A DNA stretch of 38,060 bases from an uncultured Planctomycetia bacterium (GCA_964492015.1 CAZBIH010000001.1:1-38060), one strand, 5' to 3'. Counted from the first letter of the stretch, positions 8,428-16,829 are shown. The notes: generated by a model not told the origin, from the letters alone. Program-made: numbers and translations.

Positions 8428-10131
8428 TCACGGGACTCGGGGCGATCCTATAATTTCGGGGCGGCTTTGTTCGTCCATCGAGTAAACAATGTCCGCGTTT
8501 TCTAGCAGAGACGAGCGGTGCGAAACCAGAAGGATATTGACCTTGCCTCTCAGGCGCTGGATCAGCGAACGGACCACTTCCTCGGACGCGGTATCCAAAG
8601 CGCTGGTAGGTTCATCCAGGATCAAAAGCTTGGGACCGCGCAGAAGCGCCCTGGCGAATACCAGCCTTTGGCGCTGGCCCCCCGACAGGTTGAGCCCGCG
8701 GTTGCCGATCACGGTCGCGTAACCCTGAGGCTGTGCCAGGATAAACTCATGAGCGTCCGTCTGACAGCAGGCCGCCTCCAGACGCTCCCGTGATACCTCC
8801 GGGTTTCCCAGCCGTAAATTGTCTTCAATGCTCATGTCATACAAGATCGATTCCTGGGACACATAGGCGACGCTGTCCCTCCAGGAAAATAGGTCAATCC
8901 CGGCCGCATCGATCCCATTGATCAGCACTTTTCCGCAGGTGGGATGGTTCAATCCCACGATCAGATCTAAAAGCGTCGTTTTTCCTGAGCCCGACCTTCC
9001 GCTGATCACCACCAGCTTGTTTTTTTCAATTTTCAAATTTACATCCCTCAAGACTTCCCCGCTACCCGGATAGGTAAAACCCACGCGGACCAGCTCCAGC
9101 GTTTCAAAACCTGAGACTTTCACGGCTCCCGGCAAAACACGCGCTTGGGATGCTTCCAGAATGAACTGGCGGCAAATAAAATAGGAAGGCAGATTCACTA
9201 CTAAGCGCTGACGGCTCGTCTGGATCTCCATGCCTTTACGGCCGAGACGATAAATAATCATTGATAGGAGTAGGCCGCCTTCAGCCGCGACACCAAAAAA
9301 CTGGCGGCTGACCACTAAAAACAGGCAGACAAAAGCCACCGCCAAAACTTCGGGAAACGTCTCGATGACCGCCCCATAGTTGTAACGCTTAAACATTTTT
9401 TTGCCCAGGCGGTCGTACCCGGTGCGGATGCGCTCCAGCCGGTAAGGCTCCAAATGATTGGCTTTTAGGAATTTGACCGCCACAAGATCCTCAAAGATCT
9501 CTCCATGCAGAGAGCTTTGCATGGAGGCGATCTCGGAAGACACAGCCTTGGACCGGACGATCATCCGCTTCACCGCTAAAAAAGAAACCAGGCCGATGAA
9601 TAGACTGGGGACAAAAGACTGGAACGAGATCAGAAAGCCTAAAGACAAATAGACCAGGATGTTCAGCGATTCGCCCAGAAACTGGATCAGGAGCCGGAAA
9701 GCATTGCCGGCCATCACGGAGTGTTCTCCCACCAGCGACATCAAAAATCCGGATTTCTGGGAAGACGCAAATCTCCATTCGGAATCAAGAAAGTCAGAAA
9801 CGACTTTCTTTTTGATCCCGATCTCAAAATCCACCGCGATCTTTTCAACGAATCTTTTGGCGGTGTAAGAAAAAAGGCTCTTGAGCGAAAAAACAGCGAG
9901 GATAAATCCCGTAAGGACCCAAATGTTCCCGTTCTTCAAAAAATCCGGCATCCAGGCGGTCAAAAGGCCCCCGTCCGGGATCTGCTTGGAGAACAGCCCC
10001 GACAAAAGCGGCAGCACCGCCGAAAATCCGACGCCCTCCAGGACCCCCGCGCTTAAAACGCACAATATCGCGATGTTCGCGCGGACCGGATAGTCCCGGT
10101 AAACGTCCGAGATAAAATCCCGCAGATGCAT
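8428..10131 (-). CDS. Fused TMD-NBD ABC exporter (MsbA/PglK-type, candidate lipid-linked glycan flippase)
   Basis: Six-helix TMD followed by Walker A GRSGSGKTT, signature LSGGQRQR, Walker B LLILDEPTS and an H-loop (VSHR). The ORF-track N-terminal 127 residues overlap the upstream gene and are non-membrane junk. The ATG at 10131 (MHLRDFISDVY) lies 7 nt after the upstream stop. Confidence 0.9.
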   Translation of the reverse strand: MHLRDFISDVYRDYPVRANIAILCVLSAGVLEGVGFSAVLPLLSGLFSKQIPDGGLLTAWMPDFLKNGNIWVLTGFILAVFSLKSLFSYTAKRFVEKIAVDFEIGIKKKVVSDFLDSEWRFASSQKSGFLMSLVGEHSVMAGNAFRLLIQFLGESLNILVYLSLGFLISFQSFVPSLFIGLVSFLAVKRMIVRSKAVSSEIASMQSSLHGEIFEDLVAVKFLKANHLEPYRLERIRTGYDRLGKKMFKRYNYGAVIETFPEVLAVAFVCLFLVVSRQFFGVAAEGGLLLSMIIYRLGRKGMEIQTSRQRLVVNLPSYFICRQFILEASQARVLPGAVKVSGFETLELVRVGFTYPGSGEVLRDVNLKIEKNKLVVISGRSGSGKTTLLDLIVGLNHPTCGKVLINGIDAAGIDLFSWRDSVAYVSQESILYDMSIEDNLRLGNPEVSRERLEAACCQTDAHEFILAQPQGYATVIGNRGLNLSGGQRQRLVFARALLRGPKLLILDEPTSALDTASEEVVRSLIQRLRGKVNILLVSHRSSLLENADIVYSMDEQSRPEIIGSPRVP

Positions 10132-10138
10132 GTCCGGT

Positions 10139-10834
10139 TTATTTATTTTTTGCGGCACGGGCATAGTCCACATTGGCGTCCAAGAATTCCTTTTCATACT
10201 GCAACCACTTGTCTCCGTACGGGTGATCCTTATAATTCTCAAACCAGGGCCCGCCCTCCGTGTAATGAATAAGCTTGGTATAAGCGTCATAATGGTCGAG
10301 CACATTCCAAGTGTTGGGAATATCACCCACTTGCTCATCGGGGATCGGTTCAAAACGGTGAAGCCATTTGGGCGGCATCGTTTCCACGGCCTCCCGGGAC
10401 CAAACCGTAAGCTTCTCGCAATTAAGCAGCATGAAGCTAGACCAGTTTTTCCGCGGGTAAGACGTCTGGACTTTTCCGTCCATCTTGATCGTATTGGTGG
10501 GCCGTTGGTCATGCTTGACGACCCGGAGCGCGTACGGTTTCATATCCAGCTCAAAAACTTCGTTGAGATCCGCCAGGCAAAGCATGTCGCAATCCATAAA
10601 AATGGCCGTGCCCTTATAACCGCAGAGCAGTGGAGTCAAAAAACGGGTGTACGTGAACTCCGTGGACTGCAAAGGATCCTGTGTCCTGCGAAAACCGGGC
10701 TTGACCGCGAGCTCACTCAACTTCAGAGGAATGATCTCCATTGGTTTTTTTGCGTGCTTTTCGATCGAATACTTCAATACCTGATACGCGATATCCTCCC
10801 GACTGTCATACCCGACAAATACTTTATTTTTCAT
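10139..10834 (-). CDS. GT8-like (retaining, GT-A fold) glycosyltransferase
   Basis: 231 aa. It has the N-terminal VFVGYDSRED strand, STEFTYTRFLTP and the DxD motif FMDCDML. The family call is by resemblance. Confidence 0.6.
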   Translation of the reverse strand: MKNKVFVGYDSREDIAYQVLKYSIEKHAKKPMEIIPLKLSELAVKPGFRRTQDPLQSTEFTYTRFLTPLLCGYKGTAIFMDCDMLCLADLNEVFELDMKPYALRVVKHDQRPTNTIKMDGKVQTSYPRKNWSSFMLLNCEKLTVWSREAVETMPPKWLHRFEPIPDEQVGDIPNTWNVLDHYDAYTKLIHYTEGGPWFENYKDHPYGDKWLQYEKEFLDANVDYARAAKNK

Positions 10835-10852
10835 CCTAGGCCCTTTCTGGGT

Positions 10853-12190
10853 TCATTCCCTTTGAAGTGACGAAACAAGCTTGGTGTAGGTCGACAAGAC
10901 ATCTACCGGCTCCCCGCCGGCATAAATTGAATTTCTGATCAGATCCGCATTGTCATAAAGCGCGGAAGGCGGCTCTTTGAGACGCGCACGTTCCACGCCT
11001 GCCAGAAGCTGCTCCAGATCATGGCACTCGATCCCCGCGCCGCTATCTTCAAAGATCGTTCTTCCGCGGTGCAGATACGTGGGATTGATCAATGTCTTGC
11101 CCTGCAGGATCACCTCAAATCCGATACTGGAGCGTACATTAACTGCGGCGTCACACCAGCGAATCAGCGCCACCGAATCCACGATCTCCTGACGGGTCGC
11201 TTTTTTTCCCGGAACCAGTGAAGACAGCCACCGTTTAAAAGACACCGCGCGCGAGGCGTTGATAAGCTCAACATTGGCTTGAGAGGATAATCGGGTACGC
11301 AGATCCATCGGCAGATCGCCCGCGCCTTCGCGTGTATGCTCTTTGATCACCAAATAGATTCGATCATCAGACGCCAGCGACTTGAGCGCCAACAGAACCC
11401 CCTCTTTGTCCACGGTCTTTTCCCAGCGCGGAAGAAAAAATAGAAGCTTTAGCCGGCCCCCCTCGCTTTTCGACGGCTTAAAATCCGGCCAGAAATTCTT
11501 GGCGATCGAGAACCATTCCGGGCAGTAACGGGCGCTACCCAAAAAAACGATTTTTTTCTGTTCTATGAGTTTTTTGTCCCATGGCCCGAAATGATGGCGC
11601 GGATTAGGCTCCACAATGGCGTCAAAAATATTTCTGACCGCAAAATATTCTTCACCTCCCGTTGCCTGAAATTGCTCAGACCCTTCTCCGTGGGATGTGA
11701 GAAAGTGCGCGCCGTGAGGAAGACAGACCAAGGGCACCCTCCGATCTTTACAAGCAGTGACCAGTTTTCCTTCCAAGGTTTCCATTGAAATTTCACCGGG
11801 GCCAAAAGGGTCAAAAATACACACCGCCGGCCGGCGTGACTCGATAAATTTTTCTGCCCATCGCAAATTGAATACAGACTGATCTAAAAAGCTCAGCACT
11901 GTCCTTATTATTATTTTTACCAATGGGTTCACAAACCGCGCCAAAGAAAATTCTCTCAAAAAACCAAGCCCTGGCGCGGAGCCATAATAATAATACATCC
12001 GGCACCGGGAAAACTGCCTCAAAAGAACCAGCCTTGGATCCCGCCGGTAATCCAGCACCTGATTTTTGTCGATTAAAATAACATCCACTTGACGGCCTTC
12101 ACGCAAAAACCTCCAAGCGACGGGGCTCAAATGATCCGTGTCATTGTAAACGCGAAAAAAAATACAAACAGTCCCTGAGGTGTTACGCAT
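10853..12190 (-). CDS. Divergent GT-B-like transferase, TagF/Glyphos_transf-like motif order (paralogue B); function unknown
   Basis: Its motif series parallels the neighbouring paralogue: FLGSARYCPEW, KLLFFLPRWEK, LVIKEHTRE and CDAAVNVRSSIGFEVILQGKTLINP. The ATG at 12190 gives an 8-nt ATGCGTAA overlap. An alternative ATG at 12238 would give a 56-nt overlap. Confidence 0.5.
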   Translation of the reverse strand: MRNTSGTVCIFFRVYNDTDHLSPVAWRFLREGRQVDVILIDKNQVLDYRRDPRLVLLRQFSRCRMYYYYGSAPGLGFLREFSLARFVNPLVKIIIRTVLSFLDQSVFNLRWAEKFIESRRPAVCIFDPFGPGEISMETLEGKLVTACKDRRVPLVCLPHGAHFLTSHGEGSEQFQATGGEEYFAVRNIFDAIVEPNPRHHFGPWDKKLIEQKKIVFLGSARYCPEWFSIAKNFWPDFKPSKSEGGRLKLLFFLPRWEKTVDKEGVLLALKSLASDDRIYLVIKEHTREGAGDLPMDLRTRLSSQANVELINASRAVSFKRWLSSLVPGKKATRQEIVDSVALIRWCDAAVNVRSSIGFEVILQGKTLINPTYLHRGRTIFEDSGAGIECHDLEQLLAGVERARLKEPPSALYDNADLIRNSIYAGGEPVDVLSTYTKLVSSLQRE

Positions 12191-14021
12191 AAACCGTCTT
12201 TTCAATGAAATCAACCGCTCTTTTTGTCCCCTGTCCATCCATTTTTCCCAACCAATCCTCGCCGTGGGTATTAGAAAAACTGTTCGTCTTAACAGAAAGC
12301 CGGGAAATGGCCGCCTCGAGAGATCCTGCGTCGCGAAATATTTGGCAAATACCTGTCTCTGCCAAACTGTCAGCTTCAGAGCTCAGCTCTTCATTGAAAT
12401 CCAAATAAAATACAGGGATACCCATCATGGCCGCCTCGAAAATGGTCGTAGACCAGCTGGCTGTCAGCAAAACATCGCAGCCGGCAAGTAATTTATAAAG
12501 ATCATCGTCCGCCGACATCAGATCACAATCAACATCCGAAAGAAGAGAGCGCAAAAGTATTTCCCAATTCTTCTCCTCTTCTTTGTAGTGCGGTTTGATC
12601 ACAAGCCGGAACGGCGTGCGAGCCGCGATGCCGGCAAGAACGGATAAACTTGCTACCTGAGTCGATCGATAGCAAAAAAAGTCACTGCCCACGTATCCTA
12701 ATTCTGCGGGATTGTGGGGAACAAGATAACTTGCGCTGTATAAAAGCCTGGGAACGCCTTCCCGCCCGGCTTTTTGGCGTGTTCCGGAAATATTTTTAAG
12801 AATGTCAAAACGCGGTATCCCCGTAACGACAAGCCTCCGGGCGTTCCAACCCCGTCTTTCATAAGATCTTTTCTCTTCCTGTGAATGGACCAGTGTCCAT
12901 GAATTGGCAAACTCGCGGTAGGCATCGGGCACTTCAAAATCGGTACGCCAAATAGAGTGGGACAGACAAAAAACAGGGACGGCATTGGCCTCAAAGGTGC
13001 TGGCCGCAAAACCCCTCAAAGAAAAGTCCTCATCCACAAGCAGCGCCCTGGCTTTAAAAGAAGAGGCGGCTTCCTGATAGCACAAGACATGACTGACGAA
13101 ACCTCTTATCCTTTTTTCAACCAAGGGCCATAGCTTTCCCAAAACAAGATCCGGCATATCAAGATCCCCAAACATCCAATCCCCCGATCCACGCGCGCGC
13201 AAGAATACGGTTCTGGCGGCCTCCAGCATTTTGTCCGCCTGTTCCGGTATTCTCTCGGGGACAAAAGAACTTTCAAATTCCGACGCCAGATAATAAGGGA
13301 TCGAATGGGTAATTGCAAAAAAAAGTATATCTTTATGAAGATCATGATCATAAATAACGACACTTTTTTTTCTACGTTTCAACTCTTGCGCCGCCGCTTT
13401 TAAATGCCTCAGAGAACCGTAAACAACGTACGCCCCCTTCGCCCCCGGACCGCGAAAAAAAAGGTAAACGGAAAAGATCATCTTTTTGAACCTTTTTTTT
13501 AAATGTGGGGAGGCTTTGTGGGGCGCCTCTGAAATTAACGGGCATGCCATCGTGCGGACATCTCTGCCCGAGGATTCCGCCCGCCGTGCCAGAAAATAAT
13601 TCAGCGAAACGTTTCCGTCGGGCCTCCCGTCGACCCAAGGTTTCAAGTCCTCAAAAACATAAACAGGGCCTTTGGTAGATCCCAAAAAAATTTTGGCGAA
13701 GAAATGATTCTTGATCGTCTGGGAGAAAAGAGTAGAAAAATAAAAATGCAGCGCTTTAAAAATATATTCGCCGTCCGGCGTGGCCTGCCGGGCAAGCCGG
13801 ATCATGCGGGCGGCGGCGGACGCGCTCCAAGAATTTATTTCATTCCAGCGGTTCCTGAAAGAACGCTCGTCCAGATACGAAAAATTAATTTTCTTCTCTT
13901 TGAAAAAATCAAACATCTCCTCGTTGTCGGTAAAGATCTCCAGATCCTCTTGAAAAGCGCCGGCGGCACGCAGGCATTCATATTGGCGGATCGAGGAGAT
14001 GGCGACCGCGGGCTTGGGCAT
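12183..14021 (-). CDS. Divergent GT-B-like transferase, TagF/Glyphos_transf-like motif order (paralogue A); function unknown
   Basis: About 612 aa and soluble. VVTGIPRFDIL, RLLYSASY, LVIKPHYKEEE and CDVLLTASWSTTIFEAAMMGIPVFYLDF follow the order G-x-PR-x-D / LYAPT / K-x-H-x / ITDYSS seen in CDP-glycerol glycerophosphotransferase-type GT-B enzymes. The ATG at 14021 lies 1 nt after the upstream TAG. The track start at 14030 is TTG. Confidence 0.55.
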   Translation of the reverse strand: MPKPAVAISSIRQYECLRAAGAFQEDLEIFTDNEEMFDFFKEKKINFSYLDERSFRNRWNEINSWSASAAARMIRLARQATPDGEYIFKALHFYFSTLFSQTIKNHFFAKIFLGSTKGPVYVFEDLKPWVDGRPDGNVSLNYFLARRAESSGRDVRTMACPLISEAPHKASPHLKKRFKKMIFSVYLFFRGPGAKGAYVVYGSLRHLKAAAQELKRRKKSVVIYDHDLHKDILFFAITHSIPYYLASEFESSFVPERIPEQADKMLEAARTVFLRARGSGDWMFGDLDMPDLVLGKLWPLVEKRIRGFVSHVLCYQEAASSFKARALLVDEDFSLRGFAASTFEANAVPVFCLSHSIWRTDFEVPDAYREFANSWTLVHSQEEKRSYERRGWNARRLVVTGIPRFDILKNISGTRQKAGREGVPRLLYSASYLVPHNPAELGYVGSDFFCYRSTQVASLSVLAGIAARTPFRLVIKPHYKEEEKNWEILLRSLLSDVDCDLMSADDDLYKLLAGCDVLLTASWSTTIFEAAMMGIPVFYLDFNEELSSEADSLAETGICQIFRDAGSLEAAISRLSVKTNSFSNTHGEDWLGKMDGQGTKRAVDFIEKTVYA

Positions 14022-14022
14022 C

Positions 14023-15228
14023 CTATTCAACGACCCATTTCATCACCCATTTTTCGTCGACTTTTTCCCATACATTGGATTTTTCGCGGTATTTGTCCAT
14101 GACATACCAAAAGAAATCTTCGTCGATTTGCATGTAATCCAAAAACCAGCGGAAATGCCTTTTCGGAAACTCCCCGTCATAGCGCCGCACCAGCCGTACC
14201 GCTTCTTCACGCGTCATATGATGACGACGGATATCCGACTGCGCGTCCCGCGAGGCCCGGCACATGCCGAATTTCATATAACTCAAGTACCAATGAAAAC
14301 CGTCCGCCTTGTCGTCGATGCTGGCGTATTTGGTGTAAGTCCCCTCCGATCGGCCTTCGGAATTGGCCTCAAAACCGCAGTGCTTCACCGCGTAATAATA
14401 ATTTTCCTGGGGCGTCCATTTGTGATAATACGAATACCAGTGCATCTGGGTCCCATTTTTTATAATCTGGTCCAAGTGCGGCGCTTTATAAAACTGCAAG
14501 CAGCTGTCCCCAGCCTCTTTTTTGGTCAAAATGCCGCGTTCGAGTCCTGTGGCAACCAACTGATCGACCGAGCCGCCCTTAAAATATTCGGACTCCCATT
14601 CTTCGGGGGTTTCCTTGGGAAGATGCTTGTATTTTTCGCTTCCTCCGTACTCAAGCTCTCCGTTTTCTCCGTAAAAAATGAGCTTGATGCCAAATCGCGT
14701 CGCCATGTGGAACGCCCAGGCTTTTTGCCCGTAAATGAACGGCTCCCACGCGTCCCCTTTCAATTCAAAGGCCAACCGCGTCAATTTGCGGTGAATTTTT
14801 CCGTCAGGCTGCCCCATGATATTGGTGAAACCCGAATGAATGAAATTCCATAAATTGAGCCATCCGATCTCGGTGTACTCAAACGGGCACCAGGTCACGC
14901 ACAGAGGATGCATGCCATAACGGTGCTTCAGTTGGTGAGCGACATAAGCACTGTCTTTTCCGCCGCTGCCCGGAACTACGACATCAAAATCTCCGGTCCG
15001 GCTGCGATGCTGATCGCAGAGGATCTCCAACTCCCGGCCGCGCTTGGCCCAGTCGATCGAGTGGTCCTTTTCATAAGCCCACTGGCAGGCAGCGCAGATC
15101 CCCTGCTCGTTAAAACGCGTCCGGGGCCGCTGGTTGGATACAACGCAATTTTTACAAAATTTTATTTCTTTGGAGAGGGAGTCAAATTGCCTGTCCAGAG
15201 ATTGAAACGACGGGTTTAGTTGATCCAC
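14023..15228 (-). CDS. N-acetyl-sugar amidotransferase, PP-loop ATP-pyrophosphatase family (WbuX/WbpG/PseA-like)
   Basis: PP-loop VVPGSGGKDS and an N-terminal Cys cluster CKNCVVSNQRP..GICAACQW. GTG start at 15228 preceded by AAGGGGGAG. It lies adjacent to the HisH/HisF paralogues, as in known acetamidino-sugar loci. Confidence 0.8.
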   Translation of the reverse strand: MDQLNPSFQSLDRQFDSLSKEIKFCKNCVVSNQRPRTRFNEQGICAACQWAYEKDHSIDWAKRGRELEILCDQHRSRTGDFDVVVPGSGGKDSAYVAHQLKHRYGMHPLCVTWCPFEYTEIGWLNLWNFIHSGFTNIMGQPDGKIHRKLTRLAFELKGDAWEPFIYGQKAWAFHMATRFGIKLIFYGENGELEYGGSEKYKHLPKETPEEWESEYFKGGSVDQLVATGLERGILTKKEAGDSCLQFYKAPHLDQIIKNGTQMHWYSYYHKWTPQENYYYAVKHCGFEANSEGRSEGTYTKYASIDDKADGFHWYLSYMKFGMCRASRDAQSDIRRHHMTREEAVRLVRRYDGEFPKRHFRWFLDYMQIDEDFFWYVMDKYREKSNVWEKVDEKWVMKWVVE

Positions 15229-15237
15229 GGCTCCCCC

Positions 15238-15879
15238 TTAAACTTTTCCGGAGATAAAATTTGCGTATATCTTCAATCCGGCCTCGCCGCTGCGTTCCGG
15301 GTGAAATTGGCAACCGGTGATATTTTTGTGCCGTACCACCGAACAAAATTCGTTGGAACCGTACACCGTAAGCGCCAGCGCGTCCCTCGTATCCTCCGGA
15401 ACCACGCGATAGGAATGAACAAAATACATGAAGGGGTCCTTTTCCAAACCCTCCAGAACCGAACCCTCCCAACTCGGCCCGGAAGATGAAGGTTTGAGAG
15501 AATTCCATCCGATCTGCGGGATCTTGTAATGATCGCCCGGATCCCCCGGCTTTAATCGGATAACGCGCCCTCTGATCAAATCCAATCCTGAATGCAGGCC
15601 ATTTTCCTCGGATCGGCTTAATAGAAGCTGCATCCCCAAACAAATTCCCAGAAGAGGCTTTCCGGATCCTGCGTAGTTCTTGACCGCGTCCACCAGGCCG
15701 TACTCCGTCAGATGTTTCATCCCGGACTCGAACGCCCCCACGCCGGGCAAAACAAGCCTGTCCGCGTGTAAGATCTCCTCTTTATTATTGGAGACTTTGG
15801 CCGGATCCCCCACCCTCTTCAGAGCGCTTTGCACGCTATAAAGATTTCCTACACCATAGTCGACGATCACGGTCTTCAT
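15238..15879 (-). CDS. hisH: Class I glutamine amidotransferase, HisH paralogue (WbuY-type)
   Basis: Motifs VDYGVGNL, LPGVGAF, the nucleophile elbow LGICLGMQLL, and GCQFHPERS. ATGA overlap with the hisF-like stop. No other his genes are present. Confidence 0.9.
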   Translation of the reverse strand: MKTVIVDYGVGNLYSVQSALKRVGDPAKVSNNKEEILHADRLVLPGVGAFESGMKHLTEYGLVDAVKNYAGSGKPLLGICLGMQLLLSRSEENGLHSGLDLIRGRVIRLKPGDPGDHYKIPQIGWNSLKPSSSGPSWEGSVLEGLEKDPFMYFVHSYRVVPEDTRDALALTVYGSNEFCSVVRHKNITGCQFHPERSGEAGLKIYANFISGKV

Positions 15880-16829
15880 GGTAGCGCTGTCTTGCGCTCA
15901 GGAGAATATTTTATTTTTGGTAACGGGCGAATGGGCACGCCGTTCTCGCATAAATATTTTTTAATTTCAGGCAACGAGATCCTGTCCGTCTGAACGTCTT
16001 TAAAACCTCCATATCCTTCGCGCAGAAAATCAATGTTACCCGAATCAATGTCTTCGCCCATACGAAGCCTCGGCTCATTAAACGACATCCAACGCCTGTC
16101 ATCCCCCGGAGGCGCCGCGTAATAATAATGAAAGCAGGACGCGGCGCTGACCGCGTCCGCTTTGCCGCGTCGGATCACGTCTAAAAAATCCTCTTTTTTG
16201 CCCGCACCGCCGCAGACCACCACAGGCACCGGAACTGTCTCAGATACTTTCGAAGTGAAGTCGATATCAAAACCCCTCCCCATCCCTTCCTGGTTGATGG
16301 AAGTCAGAAGGATCTCGCCCGCGCCCAGATCCACGGCCCGCCGCACCCAGTCATAGGCGTCAACTCCTGTCGGTTGGCGGCCATAATCCACCCACACCTC
16401 ACAAAAACCGTTTTTCTGTTTATAAAATTCAACGCTGGCGACAATACACTGGGAACCGAAAAACTTGGACGCATCACTCAACAAAGAGGGATTTTCAATA
16501 GCAGCCGTGTTGATCGCGACCTTGTCGGCCCCAGCTCTCAATAATTGCTGAATATCCTGAATGCTGCGGATGCCGCCCGCGACAGTTAACGGAATAAAAA
16601 TTTTCTCGGCTGTTTTGCGGATGTATTCCACCAATGAGTTCCGTTGATAAAGACTCGCCACCGTATCATAAAAAATAAGCTCGTCAGCGCCTTCCCGGTA
16701 ATAAATTTCGGCAAATACCTCCGGAGTGCCCAACACGCGGTGGCCGTCAAGCTGGATACCCTTGATCAGGTTGGGGCCCTTGATGTCCAACCGTGGAATG
16801 ATGCGGATATTTCCGGTATTAGTTGCCAT
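15876..16829 (-). CDS. hisF: HisF-like (beta/alpha)8 cyclase/synthase subunit (WbuZ-type), with an insertion of about 47 aa near the C-terminus
   Basis: Motifs IIPRLDIKG, TVAGGIRS, GADKVAINTAA, GAGEILLTSI, VCGGAGK and AASCFH, ending with LPEIKKYLCENGVPIRP. Confidence 0.9.
   Translation of the reverse strand: MATNTGNIRIIPRLDIKGPNLIKGIQLDGHRVLGTPEVFAEIYYREGADELIFYDTVASLYQRNSLVEYIRKTAEKIFIPLTVAGGIRSIQDIQQLLRAGADKVAINTAAIENPSLLSDASKFFGSQCIVASVEFYKQKNGFCEVWVDYGRQPTGVDAYDWVRRAVDLGAGEILLTSINQEGMGRGFDIDFTSKVSETVPVPVVVCGGAGKKEDFLDVIRRGKADAVSAASCFHYYYAAPPGDDRRWMSFNEPRLRMGEDIDSGNIDFLREGYGGFKDVQTDRISLPEIKKYLCENGVPIRPLPKIKYSPERKTALP

Noticed and set aside
10132-10512. Long N-terminal extensions in the ORF track, for example the ABC exporter starting at 10512. 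Others are 1903-3009, 17511-18647, 20244-21494, 28996-30441, 30354-31400 and 35855-36757.
   Set aside because: The extra residues overlap the preceding gene in another frame. They are Arg/Pro/Gly/Ser-rich junk that precedes the true family N-termini (Rossmann motif, TM1, the GT2 PxYNEE strand). In each case a downstream start gives a 1-, 4- or 8-nt overlap with the upstream stop.
10130-10870. 246-aa plus-strand ORF spanning the GT8-like gene
   Set aside because: It is an antisense shadow of a minus-strand gene with clear GT-A motifs, and its own translation has no motif. The same reasoning applies to plus-strand ORFs 1288-1926, 17249-17872, 22954-23532, 24532-25119 and 30258-30956.
13364-13500. 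Cluster of three 8-nt A/T homopolymers (13364-13371, 13455-13462, 13493-13500) as slipped-strand phase-variation sites. Similar runs occur at 17131-17138, 17658-17666, 18354-18361 and 19654-19661, plus a C7 run at 4207-4213.
   Set aside because: The runs are widespread across many genes and all encode Lys/Phe (or Gly) runs consistent with AAA/TTT codon preference. None exceeds 9 nt, and there is no poly-G/C tract of 8 nt or longer of the kind used for phase variation in Campylobacter glycan loci. This would only be worth revisiting if read-level length variation is seen.
13999-14853. 284-aa plus-strand ORF, the longest on the plus strand
   Set aside because: It lies entirely antisense to the strongly supported PP-loop amidotransferase gene. 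Its translation is low-complexity (F/V/P/R-rich) with no recognisable motif, and it has no upstream promoter or RBS context. It is a shadow ORF.
15238-16829. hisH/hisF read as histidine biosynthesis genes
   Set aside because: No other his genes are nearby. The pair is coupled to a PP-loop sugar amidotransferase and a CMP-sugar synthetase, which is the known WbuY/WbuZ (HisH2/HisF2) glycan-amidation context.
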